DNA of 64,000 nucleotides. Source: Eledone cirrhosa (taxonomy: Eukaryota). Of the stretch, positions 41,930-55,629 are shown piece by piece; within the stretch, counting starts at the first letter, position 1; each line of letters begins with the position of its first letter. Under the pieces are notes generated by a model. The model made no database searches. It was not told where the DNA came from and saw only the letters and a program-made list of their open reading frames with translations. The stretch lies in NCBI GenBank assembly GCA_964016885.1, contig OZ024740.1:331824001-331888000 (forward strand), given 5' to 3'. The position numbers were made by a program, and so were the translations under genes.

Positions 41930-43900
41930 CGTGTAACCCGGCTGTGAATGTCAGTACTGTCCATGGTGATCATGCAGAGGATAGCTAAAATAACGCACTC
42001 TAGACTAGGTCCGACATCCACATTGAATGATATCGACATAGCCCCATCTATCCGAATACGAATACTAGATCATTCCTATAGAGGCATCTAGGCAACACGA
42101 ATTGTCAATTCATCCCATGTAAAGACTTCCACAACAGATGCTCTGGGACGTGGTCATATGGCTTTTCGAAGTCTACGAAACAAGAATACAGCTCTTGGCA
42201 GTACTCCAACAATTTCTCAAAGATCTGGCGCATTGTGAATATTTGCTCGGCTGTGATGCGTCGGGACCTGCCTGCCATATATTCGTCAGCTAACGAGGAC
42301 TCAACTGCATCCCTGTCTTTGCCAAACACTTGGCATATATTTTACCGAGAACCCTCTATAATCGGAACAATTTCTTTTGTCTCTCCTTTTGAAAATTGGC
42401 ATTATCACTCCAGATTTCCATTAGTTAGCTGTCTTTCCTAAGATCCATGCAACACGGCACGCACGACTTAGCCAGAAAATACGTTCTCAATTTAAGGCTA
42501 TTAATATCTCGGGCCGAATTTCATCCTCCACAGCGGCCTTACCACATTTGATTTCTTTGTCTGCTCTTTTGACCTGTCTATGAAAGGGTAGTCGTTGTTC
42601 CAAGGTGCACTTCGTGAACATCAGTAGATGACTTATTTCCGAGCCAACCTTTGTTAGCTCTATTCTTTGCTCAGATGACATTTTGACTACTTGCCGTCCA
42701 CTGTTGCATTAATTTGCTCTTACCCGTAGCATTTATAATTCTCCACTCCATTTCAACGTCCTCAGTTTTATCAGGCAGTTCTTTGAATAAGGATGCAATC
42801 GTATCCGTACCTGCTCCTAATTTCTTATCTGCCAGCGCTTCACACTTTATCCTGTAGGTCGAGCTGGACCTGTCAGTTCTCTTGGCTTTAAATTATCTCA
42901 GATTGCATATTCTTAGATGCTGATCAGTTGACAGCTCAGCTTATCTCTTAGCAGGAACATCCAGCCTAGCACAGAATGAAAAAGATCAGAGGCAATAACA
43001 AATTCAGTTCTCGATCTCTGTCCCCGATTCCCAATTATACCATGTGTATTTATGGATATATTTGTGCTGGAGGAAGTTGTTCATAACAGAGAGCCCATTA
43101 TTGTAACGGATGTGTAATGAGACCTCTTCATTTACATATAAATCGAAATTTCAATGTCAGGTAGTTCGTGCAAGGATGTGCATTGAAGACTTCCATTAGG
43201 ATACACGACTCAGTCATAACTACGATTAATGATGCAGTGACTTCATCAAAGGGGGATCTGTTTTCGGGCTCACTCTTTGGCGTATGAACTTGTACCACTG
43301 TTAGAGAACCTTCTTTTACCCTAAGCTTCAAGAAGAAAGGTCATCACTCCTAACGGCATCCGATTCATAACACATTCTGATAGCTGAGCTTTGTGAGTTT
43401 TTCTAATTCTGTCTGTGAAATTTTCTGGCACCACGCCTGAATAATGGAGTTTCCATCCTCCATCGAAATCTACAGCACCAAATCCACGGAATGTTACAGA
43501 TTAAATATAAAATCCACTTTGATGTTACAGATTAAATATAGTTGAAGAAAATTCCAACTATATTTAATCTGTAACATCTGGCTCCCTACCTTAAGGATTT
43601 AAAGTTCCAGTTACCAAATTTCAGGTTTTGCTACCTTATGGACGCTCTTTGTTGTCTCTGGATATGTAACATTTGTACTTCCATTCCACACTTCCCAGGA
43701 AAGGTTGTAGGTCCCTCGCAAGTTCTTGCGGCGTTGAGTGGAAGATGCAATATAGTTTTGAAACCTAATGTCTGATCGTGTCCCTTGTAACCCACGCAAA
43801 GTTTAATTCATTATGTATGCCTTTGCTGTTTCTGGCCATTTTGCATGTACTTCGTTGGTCTCATTCTCTCCACTCCCCGATTTTTTTATGTGTTCAGACC
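41930..43900 (-). mobile_element. RTE (Expander/Rex3-like) LINE, 3'-truncated and decayed
   Basis: EN remnant (LTVVQVHTPKSEPENRSPFDEV...FNAH) at ~43000-43640. RT remnants KCGKAAVEDEIRPEILIAL and TAEQIFTMRQIFEKLLEY...CFVDFEKPYDHVP. Confidence 0.85.
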
Positions 43901-45078
43901 CGCGAAGACTAGGGTTTTTTAGAGATGGCTTTTACTCCTTCATAGTTACATCATTGGGATGTCGAACGACCAGTGTCTCTCATTGCAATAGCTCCCTTAG
44001 TAGTTTAGCGTTGTTGGTCCTTGGTTGTTATTTGTCGAACAAGACACCACATATATGGCAACTAACCATCATATCTAGTAGCTGTATCGCTATCCGCCAC
44101 CTGCTTCTCGTTCTCTAGCAGAACATCTCTGTCGAGAAATATATTCGTATATAATATATATATCATATATATATACACATAAATACAACTACACAGAAAC
44201 ACACATACAAATATATATATGTATGTTTGTACATATGAAACATTCGCATCACACGTAAAATGTAGCAAATATTATCTTCATCAAATGTTCTTTTAAAAGT
44301 CATTTACAAACTATCGACAAAGACTCTAGCACATAAATCCAGACAGTATGTAGACAAATAAAAAGTGTTTTAGTCTGTTTTCTATGTAGTAAAAATCAAT
44401 GAGATTACGAAAATATATAATTTCATAATGATACCATATGTTCTGCCAACTCTGCATTTTAGATTTGCCAACCATCAAACAGAAGTAGTGCAATGTTCCT
44501 TTCGTGCTGTCTTTACTTTCTTCTTTTCCATTCTAACAAAAATATCTAGTATTGATTTTCTTGTATAATTTTCTTAAGCTGTTCAACGGGAAGTAAATGT
44601 AAGATCTTGCATCTCACTGAATTTCCTCTATCTGAGATCTACTCTTCTGTACAAATGATTGTCACAAACAACCATAACTTAGAAACTTTAAACAGAAAAT
44701 TGTGACTATTTGAGATGACTCGAGTCTCCCTAATTCAATGTTTTCCTCGTATTCTTACTAACAACAAAGTTCTACTGTTAACCAATAATTTACTAATGCA
44801 TTTATATGTCATGCAAGCTAAAATAAATGATGTGACCATGAGATAATGGAAACGTCTGATGTTTCGGACATTCATCGTGTGCATCACTTGGAACTTTCTC
44901 TTTTCTTCTTCAATAACGAACCTGACTTGGAATCCTCTGATATCTTCCTTTCTTTCACGGTAACTACGCTTATTTGTACTACCAAGTGTGCTTTTGACTT
45001 ATTTTTTATCGACAAAGACCAGCACAGCAGAGATTTCCTCCGAGTAGAACATTTCCAATTTTTATTGGCATATATACC

Positions 45079-45098
45079 AGAAGAAGAAGAAGAAGAAA

Positions 45099-45128
<30 letters not shown>
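45079..45128. repeat. (GAA)n microsatellite
   Basis: Direct reading. Confidence 0.95.
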
Positions 45129-45130
<2 letters not shown>

Positions 45131-45905
45131 CATGACCTATGACATCTATAGGCACACCAAGTGAGGGGAGGGGTGATAAATAAATACCACTCCTCGGCTG
45201 CTACCAAAGGAAACAGTGTTCCAGAGAAAATATGTTTTCCACAGAGTAGACAGCACTAAAAACACTCATGGACCAGTTGTTGGTGTTAGGCTGACTGGTG
45301 GATCAAGCTAATCACTTAAACATTGAGGCTAATGAATAATTATTGCATGCCATTAACAGGAATCTAGTATTATATTTACATGAATTCAGTTTGCAGTGAA
45401 GCATTATTTCTCCTATTAATATTATATTTAAAAAGACAAGGTCCGAGTGGCTGTATTAAATTGGATAGTGATTATATTTACCACCCAACACATTGAGCTT
45501 GGAGAAAATTAACAAGGTGTTTGCAGCAATGTACCATAATATAAAATCAAGTTTTCAGAAATGCTATATTTATACTAATTATAAACTAAATATTCTTTTG
45601 AGTTGTCTCAATTCCTATTTATAATAGCAAGAATCACATGCATAGTTTAACGTTTAGCTGTTTCTAAATATCATTAATATGCCACAAATGAAAATTGTTT
45701 AATCACAAACTGAACATGCTATTAAGTCCTGCTGAGGGAAAAGGTTACATGTCAATGCACAGTAGTTATCCCTCCAATTTGTGGAGTACATTGAACTTAG
45801 TGATCCAATGACATGAGCATCACTAATTAACTCACACACATGCACACACGTGTTTGCATACACCCACACACAAAAACACACACACAGACACATATATATC
45901 TATAT

Positions 45906-45967
<62 letters not shown>

Positions 45968-46036
45968 TATGAAGAGAGAAGAAACATTTAGATATAATTA
46001 GTAATAAAATGTATCATACCTAAACTGCTCCTAGAT

Positions 46037-46126
46037 TCCTCGACTACGTAGTTTCGTGGCATAGACACAAACAATACATCATAAAGATATAGAGTCCCTG
46101 CGAGGTCTGCCGACTTATCAAGAGGA
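46037..46126 (-). ncRNA. Type I hammerhead ribozyme, U3-A8 core, long stem II
   Basis: Minus strand: tcctc-TTGATAA-gtcggcagac...gtctatgccac-GAAA-ctacgtag-TC-gagga. Stem III is the palindrome ACTACGTAGT. Confidence 0.75.
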
Positions 46127-46631
46127 TACCTCATTTTACTAGTCTCAAGAACGCGTCTACACGACGTGAGAAAGAATCCCAAAAGGCGGAGGGGGAGATA
46201 GTCACGCGATATAACGGTCGAGAAACAGAGCTAAGCCTCTTATAACCACGAAGAAAATACCACGGAGGCGGAGGGGGTATTCATATCGAGGCCGCAGAAG
46301 AGGTGGTGAAGAAGGCTAGAAGTATGAGTAATGGAAGCTTTCCAGTTGTCCCCACACTTCAAAGATTGCTCGACCAGAGGGAGTTATTAACAATATATTT
46401 AGAAACACACAGATACATGCGGACACACACATATATACATGAATGCATCCGCACCCAACTGTGAGTTAAGGGTGCCAACTTCACCGATGTTGCTCAATGA
46501 ATGACCGGGACAGACCAATTCAGTTGAACCAGACTGAACCAGTATCAGAGTTAAAAATACATTATGAAGAGAGAAGAAACATTTAGATATAATTAGTAAT
46601 AAAATGTATCATACCTAAACTGCTCCTAAAT

Positions 46632-46721
46632 TCCTCGACTACGTAGTTTCGTGGCATAAACAAAAACAATATATCGTAAAGATATAGAGTCCCTGCGAGG
46701 TCTGCCGACTTATCAAGAGGA
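46632..46721 (-). ncRNA. Type I hammerhead ribozyme, U3-A8 core, long stem II (second copy)
   Basis: Same motif 595 bp away. Substitutions between the two motifs fall in the distal stem II region, and the core is unchanged. Confidence 0.75.
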
Positions 46722-46760
46722 TACCTCATTTTACTAGTCTCAAGAACGCGTCTACACGAC

Positions 46761-46813
<53 letters not shown>

Positions 46814-47092
46814 TGTATGTATGTATCTATGTATCTATGTATATATTGATTTGACACCATTCATTATCAGGTATCTATACAAGATGTCTGAGTTTGTATG
46901 GCATGCCTGCCATTGTTTGTCTTCCTATTTAGTAGCCCAAACGCTCATCACGTTAACCAGCACGAGCTATGCTTATTCCCGCTTCCATATAAAATACATC
47001 AGATAATTAAAATAAATCATTATTTAAGATATTCACTCTTTTTAACATTTAGAATTTGTGTGAGTCGACTGCAAGTGGTCTGTATTATTTCG

Positions 47093-47280
47093 GTGGATTG
47101 GCAGTATCGGTAGAGGGTCGGACGCCATGCTTTGACGTATAGAGTTACGGCCCTTGCCATTCTGAGTTCAAATCCCGCTGAGGTTAACTTTGCCTTTCAT
47201 CCTTACGGGCTCGATAAAATAAAGTACCAGTAATACACTGGGTTATTGCTGGTCTTGTGCCAAAAGTAGAAACAATTATT
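47093..47280 (+). mobile_element. SINE family A copy
   Basis: ggtggattggcagtatcggtag...gagttcaaatcccgctgaggttaactttgcc...gtgccaaaagtagaaac. Confidence 0.88.
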
Positions 47281-48667
47281 TAATTTGAACAATATAATGA
47301 ACGCTACTTTCCTTTCTCTGACTAAACCATGACAAAGCAACAGTTTCTTATTTTACCATTTGAAACTGTAATATGCCTAAATAAGTCATCCCAGTGTTAC
47401 ATTTTTCTCTCGCGATTAAATAAAATAAATAACTTCAACATCATTAGTATTGATTTAATTTACTCTAACATTTAAAACAAATATAAGACCTTGTACTGAA
47501 CTTTGAAATGATTAGACCCCTTTCAATATCATGTCTGTGACTGAAATAGACATTTTTTGTGTAATTCTATTTTACAAATATTGCCTCTGTCAGGGCAAGT
47601 CTGGAATTAACTTAAAAAAGGTTTTCCACGTTTACTGTCAGTTTTAACCACTCTTTTTACTCGGGTACTCATGGATATATTATTGCCTTTTAGCCACATT
47701 CATACGCCGTGTTGAACGTAGCAGGGCAATTAAATCAAAAATTCAGTACTTAGTTTCCCGTTTTATATTGACGAATTATACATTATAATTGTGTTACAGT
47801 TTGTTATATTAAGCAGCAGAAAGTTAGATATTTCCAACATGCATCTGTCACCTTATAGAGTAATACTTTATCAAAATTACAAATGAGAAATCTAAAAATA
47901 TCTGTAAAGATGTTAATAACATGACGATTACCCTCATACTCTCTACTGTTACCTTAACCTACTTGGCTTTACATTTATCATCGACGTTGAAATACAAATT
48001 AATAAAAATAAAATTATTTCTGTCAAAAGTGCAAAAAATGAGCTTTTATCTACGTTGTTATTTAAAATTCTTCCATGAGAATATTTCCTCTTCTTTCAGA
48101 AAATCCACATATTGTAAAGATAAGTTAATCCGTCCACAAAGATATCAAATAGACCTGTTGACGGTGTTCTATGCCAATGTTCGCAGTGTTAAGCGGACAT
48201 ATGATTAATATCAACCCTTGACAAGACTAATATATCGCAGCTAGGTTTTTGCTTTTCTGGTGGGGGAAATTGAAGCTTGTTGAAATAAGAAATATGTCCA
48301 CTGAAAACAAAACCAATGAAGCGCATTTTGTATTCAGGAGGCGCGTGTCGCATATCTAATGCTGTCCTCGTTCAGACAGATTACATATACGCTGTAATTG
48401 AAGCTCCATCGAGCATACACAAACATACGAAAATCTGTTATCCTCATGTATTATTATTCTCTTTCAGATCAAAGTATGTATCCGTTATATTGTCCATAAA
48501 AGAAAAGATTGAACTGCGATGTCACCTTATATTTTGTAGATATCACGTGCATAGAGTGTGACCGATTTCCTCAACCTGACCTATTAACAGCGCTCGATAA
48601 GATGTGTGTAATTTAAGTTACTACAGGCATACACGCAAAGAAATGTATGTACACATATATATATATG

Positions 48668-48698
<31 letters not shown>

Positions 48699-50429
48699 GG
48701 GGGGGGGGGGTATATATATATATGTATGTATGTATGTGTGTTCACATTGGCGCCAATAATAATTTCTCCATTTTCTTCTTATACCAGTTGCGAAACTGAA
48801 TATTCATTACTGTCAAACATTTCAATAAATATATCAGGCCAACTAATCGAATTGTGGTGATGCAAGCATTGAAAGATAATGTATTGTCGAATGAATGTAG
48901 AACATGTAGTTAGTAAGTGTATATTTGCTGTTTCTGAAGCAACTTTACTCATTGTGTGAACTGCAGCTTCCTATAGTGTCCTTTACATGAAATGGGAAAA
49001 GAAAAAAAATAACACAATATATAAATAAAAAATAAAACGAAAGTAAAAGCGAAATGTTCACTCACTTCGAATTGTATCAGTCAGAACCACTGATAGTGAA
49101 GCTGTCAGATAATGGAAAATGCTGTCTTACTAATGAACATGGCTTAATGGACAGACTTCGGTAATTTATACTGTATTACAGTTCCGGCATTAATCAAGAC
49201 AATGGCTGAGAAAAGATGGAAGGAAAGAAAGAATATTTCTAACGAAAGATACAAAGAATGAGAGAAAGAATAAAATAAAGAAATACAGGAGTAAAGATAG
49301 AAAAACAACAAAAAGGGATATAAGGAAGATAGAAAGAAAAAAAGAATTTAAAGGACACTTAAAACTGTGATCGGAGATAGGAATGGCATTAATTGGATTT
49401 CAAAAATGATATTAATTTTCGCGGAAAATTGGTTTTACGCGAAGACATAGCCCGTTGTACAGACAACTATATAACATTATGCTGCTACATTTCTATAAGA
49501 AATTCAACGCATATTACAAATGATGGACATTGTGTTTTCTTCTCTATCTTTCCTTCTTTGATACTGTCCTCCTTTTTTTGTTCTCTTTACACCTTCTTTT
49601 GATATTTTTATTTTTATTTTTGTTATATTCTTTGTCTATTTAGTTAGGGTTGGTTGATAAAGTATATTATTCAGAATGAAGTCTTTAGATCTGGTAACAT
49701 TCTCACAGCATTAGCTCAGCTTTCAACTAACTGAATCGCGTTTTGCTTGAACAAATTATACAATAGACAATTCCACTATTGCAGAGCAATCCTATCGTTA
49801 AACATTGCTTTTGATGGTTAGCAAGTGGAATTTAGTGGCATGATGGTGATGATGCTAGTTGCTTTGGTGCTGATGGTATCGCTAGTGGCGCTGCTGATAC
49901 TATTAGTAATGTTAGTAGTAGATATATATTTGTTGTTGTTCTTCTTGTTGTCGTTGTGGTGGCGGTGGTGGTAGCTTAAAAATCGATATGATTTCTTTTC
50001 ATAAAAATTCTCTTAGTATTGTGAAGATAGTGCGGTGAATTCTTTCTTCTCCATAAATGAGGTCATCAACGGTACAAATACCTTTCTTTGACGGTATAAC
50101 AAGGCCAGCTAATTTACCACGCTTCAGCCTCTATTTACCATTTTGGTTTCATTCCATTGTATTCACCGGTTCCTTAAGCATTGAAAATTTCGTAGAAATA
50201 TCTTCTTTTTTTTTTGTATTTCATGTAATGTTCCTTACCCAACGTCACCTCTACTGTACACTATCCTCGCTTTCGCCTTCTCACTGTCCACTTATTTCAG
50301 TCTCCAAGGGTACTTTATTCAATTTTCTCAAGAAATATTATAGTTGTCGGCTATTATTATGGTCATTTGCTTTGTTGCGCTTACACTCAAATTTCAAATT
50401 TTAGCAAAAACTTCTTAAGTGAGCTGCGA

Positions 50430-50742
<313 letters not shown>

Positions 50743-51249
50743 TGTTTATTTTTAATAAACATTTTCTCCAAACCTTAATTCAGTCTTTTATTCTCCCTTT
50801 TTCTCATTCTCAGTCCCTTCTTTTCTCTTTCTGTCTCTTTGATATCAATGCCATTTGCTATCTTCACGCATATTCTATGCAACCTCTAATCGTTCTGTAC
50901 CAAATCTCTTCCAAAACATGTTCAAAGATCAAATGTACAACACCGTGAACACAACAACACAAATATGGAAACCAGCAACAGCAATAACAACATTTCCAAA
51001 AAGACCCATATCATAAACAAAGCAATAGCGTTAATGGTAGTATTAAGGAACAAATGACAGCAGCAATACCACCATTGTCGATGCAGCAACGAATATAACT
51101 ACACCACTACTTTAACGGTAATGTGGTAAATAGAGCCACTACTACTGATCTTACTACTACCACTGCTACCACTGCTACAATAACAACTACTACTACTAAT
51201 ACTACTAGAAATATTAACAAGAACATCAACAACAACAACAACAACGATG

Positions 51250-51281
<32 letters not shown>

Positions 51282-51292
51282 TTTTTCCACTT

Positions 51293-51383
51293 GTGGGACA
51301 AGGCCAGCAAATACTCAGTGTATTACTGGTACTTTATTTTATCGACCCCGTAAGGATGAAAGGCAAAGTTAACCTCGGCGGGA
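51293..51383 (-). mobile_element. SINE family A 3' half between (TAA)n tracts
   Basis: acaaggccagc...ctggtactttattttatcgaccccgtaaggatgaaaggcaaagttaacctcggcgggat. Confidence 0.8.
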
Positions 51384-51384
51384 T

Positions 51385-51455
<71 letters not shown>

Positions 51456-52113
51456 TATTAATAAATAATAATAATAATAATAATAATATAATAATAATAA
51501 TAATAATAAATTCTTAAATTTTAATAAAAAGAATGTTGACGATGACGAGGAAGATAATGACGATGATGATTGAATAACAATATTGAACTGAACAACCATA
51601 ACAACAAAACAATTGTAGGTTTTCAAACTTCCGAAACGAAGGAATTATTTCTTTCTCCTCTTACTCCCTTTTGTTCCCTTTCTCAATCTCTTTGCCTGTT
51701 TCTTCTCTCTCCATCTCTCTCCGCCTCCCCTTCTCTCTCTTTCTCAACTCCTAGATTTTGTTATTCAAATAATCTCACTGTACTCCATGTTAAAAGAGAT
51801 TGTCTTGTTATTTCTACACATAAAACGGTGCAAAGGGAAACAAAACAAAAACAAAATGTCAGAAGAATTTGGAAAACAAATAACAACATCTCTTTAGAAT
51901 GTGGTCATGGTAACGAATGATGTATTTAAGCATTAGAAATTCAACCTACCCCACATTTCTATGTATTTACTCCCCTTCTTTAACCTCCTTTTCTTTCATT
52001 CTTTCATGCGCACTTTATCAGCATGCTACTTGCATGAATGAGCAAAGGACTATCATAATGATGATAAGAACGAAGAAAAGGCGTATGGAGACCACGGAAT
52101 AACTAAATAACGA

Positions 52114-52147
<34 letters not shown>

Positions 52148-52304
52148 CTTTCTTTATTAACCACAAGGGTTTACACAAAGTAGACATTAAGGACAGTACA
52201 AGACAATACAGGACGGTACAAATGGGCATTTCTGCGTGTAAAAATAAAAATAAAAAATAAACAGAAATAAAAAAAAAAAATAATAATAATTATAATAATA
52301 ATAG

Positions 52305-52937
52305 GAAGCTATTGACTATCTACAACATGTCCCACAAGAGGAGTGATGTCGATAGACTCTACTTAAAAAGAGCTGAAGGTGGAAGAGATCTTATCAGCAT
52401 AGAGGACTGTGTTCTGATGGAGAAAAAAAACCTGCCCAAATACGTGACTGACAGTAGGGAGCCAATGCTCAGAATTGTACTGAAGGAGAAGACAATAGAC
52501 CAGGGGATGATTTTAGGATACAGACGGACAAGAAATTAGAACACAATAGGCGTGACCTGGTGGTTTTGGACAAGGAAAAAAGATCGTGCCTGATTGTAGA
52601 TGTAGCCTCCCCATTTGACACGAGAGTGCAAGAAAAGGAGAGGGAGAAAATTAATCGATACTAGGAATTAAAGTGGGAATTAAAAAGGATTTGGAACTGC
52701 CATGAAATCAAGGTCGTCCCGATTGCTATAGGCGCACTAGGTGCTATCTCAAAGAGTTTCCAAGGATGGTTAAAGAAAATTAGTCCAGCCCTGCTTTTTG
52801 GGTCACTTCAAAGGCATGCATGCTGGGAACAGCAAGAAACCCCCGATACGTCCTGAATATCTGAGGCTGCAGGTAGCGGCTTGATATTCATTTCAACAAA
52901 CTTTCCAGTTAAATACTTCAATGACTGAGAATCAAAG
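52305..52937 (+). mobile_element. R4/Dong-like RLE retrotransposon 3' fragment
   Basis: HKRSDVDRLYLKRAEGGRDLISIED, then EHNRRDLVVLDKEKRSCLIVDVASPFDTRVQEKEREKINRY*ELK...VVPIAIGALG. Preceded by (TAA)n and followed by (CAA)n. Confidence 0.85.
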
Positions 52938-53145
<208 letters not shown>

Positions 53146-53164
53146 ATAGTAATGATAATCATGA

Positions 53165-54730
53165 TTTTTTTATTGGCCACAAAGGACTAATACATTGAGG
53201 GCGATACACGGTAAAACAACAACACAGAATGCAGTTTACACCGAGTAAAGTGAAATCGATATCAGCTAAGGGGAAAATCAATAGGTATAGCAATAATAAT
53301 AATAGCGAGTAACCGTGTTTTCGGGTAATTCTAGGGAGAAACCCAAAGAAACGCAAAAATTACTCTGTAAAATCTCGGACATTAAATGTGCCCTCTCCCA
53401 GTTTCTCTTATCTTGCTTTAGAAAATCATAGACATTAAAACCATTCGGTGTTGACAAACTCTATCTCATCTTTCATAAAACAGTAGAAGGTAGAACCCAC
53501 TCCTTACCCTCTCGTTTCTCTTCAAGTATTAGTTGAAGAAGTTGATGGAACTTTTGCCGATGAGGAAGGTTACTTTTCTCAAATATCTTAGTGGTAACCA
53601 GCATACATCTACCTTCAAATAGCTACCAGGCATTGGGGTATCTGTGACACCCCCGTTCTAAAGAAAGGTAGTTGTAGAAGTTTCAATACAGACCTAGCTG
53701 ATAACCGGATCCCTCCTACACGCTATAGCAGTTCTTTGGCACAAGCTCACTAGTCTGCTATGCATGGACACTAGGTGATTGCAGGCATGGCAGCTTGTTG
53801 CCCTGCATGCAACTGAAATAGGTACAGCTGAGGTTACATCCTGCATTTAGAGCTTGTCTGCGGCAACGCCCAGTGCCTCTCCCAGGAATTCGTCACATAC
53901 CTTCTATTAACATTATATCGCGTTTTCCAGCTGGTAAAATGACCACACCCTATTTGCCAGGCTTCCAACCCTAGCTTATGCTTGCTACATGATTACAGCT
54001 TGGTAAAATAGACGGGCTGCAGAATCTATCGCATGAAATGTACGCTCAATGGTTAGAATTCGCTTCGTTTCCTAATCGTTGCAATATCCAAGGAAATTCC
54101 GCCGGAGCGTTAACTATACCATATATGTGTAACATTAGCAATGGTTAGCTGGGACCACCATGTTGAGTATTTTGGTAGTAAATAGATTTTCTGGCTAGTT
54201 GAACTCCATAAAATCTGTATTAGCAAGTGTTCGAGTTCGGTTGTTGTGGGGTCCTAGGAACTTGGAGTCATGTTTCAAACGAACCTCCAGATAGATCTGG
54301 TGTAGGAAGAGCTTACGAAATCAGTAACCAGTACCAGTCAGAAATGAACAAGAGAAAACTGTCCGTCGATTGTCGGGTAGAGCTGGTCAACACCTACTTC
54401 GCTTCGGTGGTATACTACCGCCTACCTCCACATAATCCTTGCATGCGCACAAAGTGTAATGTTCCTAGGATATTTTAGGATGTCCCCTAGAGAGTTCCTA
54501 CTCTGATTCTAGCATGCTTCCAGAATGATACGTGGAATGTCTCTAGTCCAAAGAATTTTGGTATTCCATCTGTGCGGGCAGTGACTGCTACTACTTTGAA
54601 AGTATCATCACCTTCCTCCCCGCTATTCACGTCCAGAGACACCAGCCTACATTCCAGATCCTCGAAAATTCTTTCTTCTACGCCAAGGCTTTTCCAAATG
54701 AGCACTGCTATACACCTCGAACCGGATTGA
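53165..54730 (-). mobile_element. L1/Tx1-like LINE remnant with internal inversion
   Basis: Minus 54490-54715: AVLIWKSL...DLECRLVSLDV...FKVVAV (APE endonuclease-like). Plus 54255-54425: KRKLSVDCRVELVNTYFASVVYYRL (post-RT). Minus 53165-54200: decayed C-terminus and a 3' tail ending in tggccaataaa. A similar tail lies at ~52150-52260. Confidence 0.6.
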
Positions 54731-55586
54731 CTACAAGAATCACGCTTTGTAATCGTCCATGAACAGAGTTAGTTAGTGGTTCTCGGAAATCTTATATGTT
54801 TCGAATATGTTGCAACTACATCCACATGCATTGCCTCTAGGTCATTGACCAATTATCACTATTTCGATTCCATGTCACTTCAAGAGGAAGTATTACAATT
54901 TCAATTATAACAGAAATTGCTAAAAGAAGCATTTTTGAATCTTCTCTGAAATTTTCTACGTCAGTGGAAACCAATTTTGATGTTCGGCGTATTTTCCCTT
55001 TGTTCTCTGTTTAAGAAGTCAATCTGCTTTTACTTTCATGGGGTGGGCGTTGGGGATTCAATTCATTCCACCGTATGTTATTAAGTTGTTGTGTTTCTAT
55101 ATGAGCTCCATTAATTCAATGTTGTCCTTCCGGCCAACTGTGAAATTTCGGAGAGTTTTTTGTGACTGCAAATACAGTGGATATCCTTGCAGTTATTGAT
55201 GCTGCTGTTGCTGCCGCTATTGCTGCTGCTGTTTCTGCCTCTGGTCGTCCTGTTATGCTTTTTTAAGTTCTTGTATTTTGTTGTAAAGTTGTACAGATTG
55301 CGATATGCTAGTGGTTTGTATTCAACTACTTTCGGTTGCACATCATTCAGAATATTTTCCACATGATAGAAGCAACTACAAGATCAAATATTTGCCCAAC
55401 CCACACTTAAAACTCAAAGCATGAGACAATAATAGCTGAGATTCTTAAAATTGACATTAAAGAAACATTGAAAGGTAAACATAGCCACGGAAATGATAAT
55501 AACTTTGTGCTAGAAAAAGGCAAAAATGTTGATTTAAACATTTGCTTCACAAAAGCAAACAACAACACCAAGAATCTCCCCTCTCG

Positions 55587-55629
<43 letters not shown>

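Larger units (their letters stand above)
45962..46762 (-). mobile_element. Retrozyme/pLTR-like partial tandem (595-bp unit, ~1.35 copies) in (TA)n
   Basis: attatgaagagagaagaaacatttag at 45966 and 46561. The ~200-bp terminal redundancy contains a hammerhead. TA tracts lie on both sides. Confidence 0.85.

Noticed and set aside
44846-45207. Overlapping ~100-aa ORFs on both strands
   Set aside because: Extended by the (GAA)n tract, with no recognisable domain.
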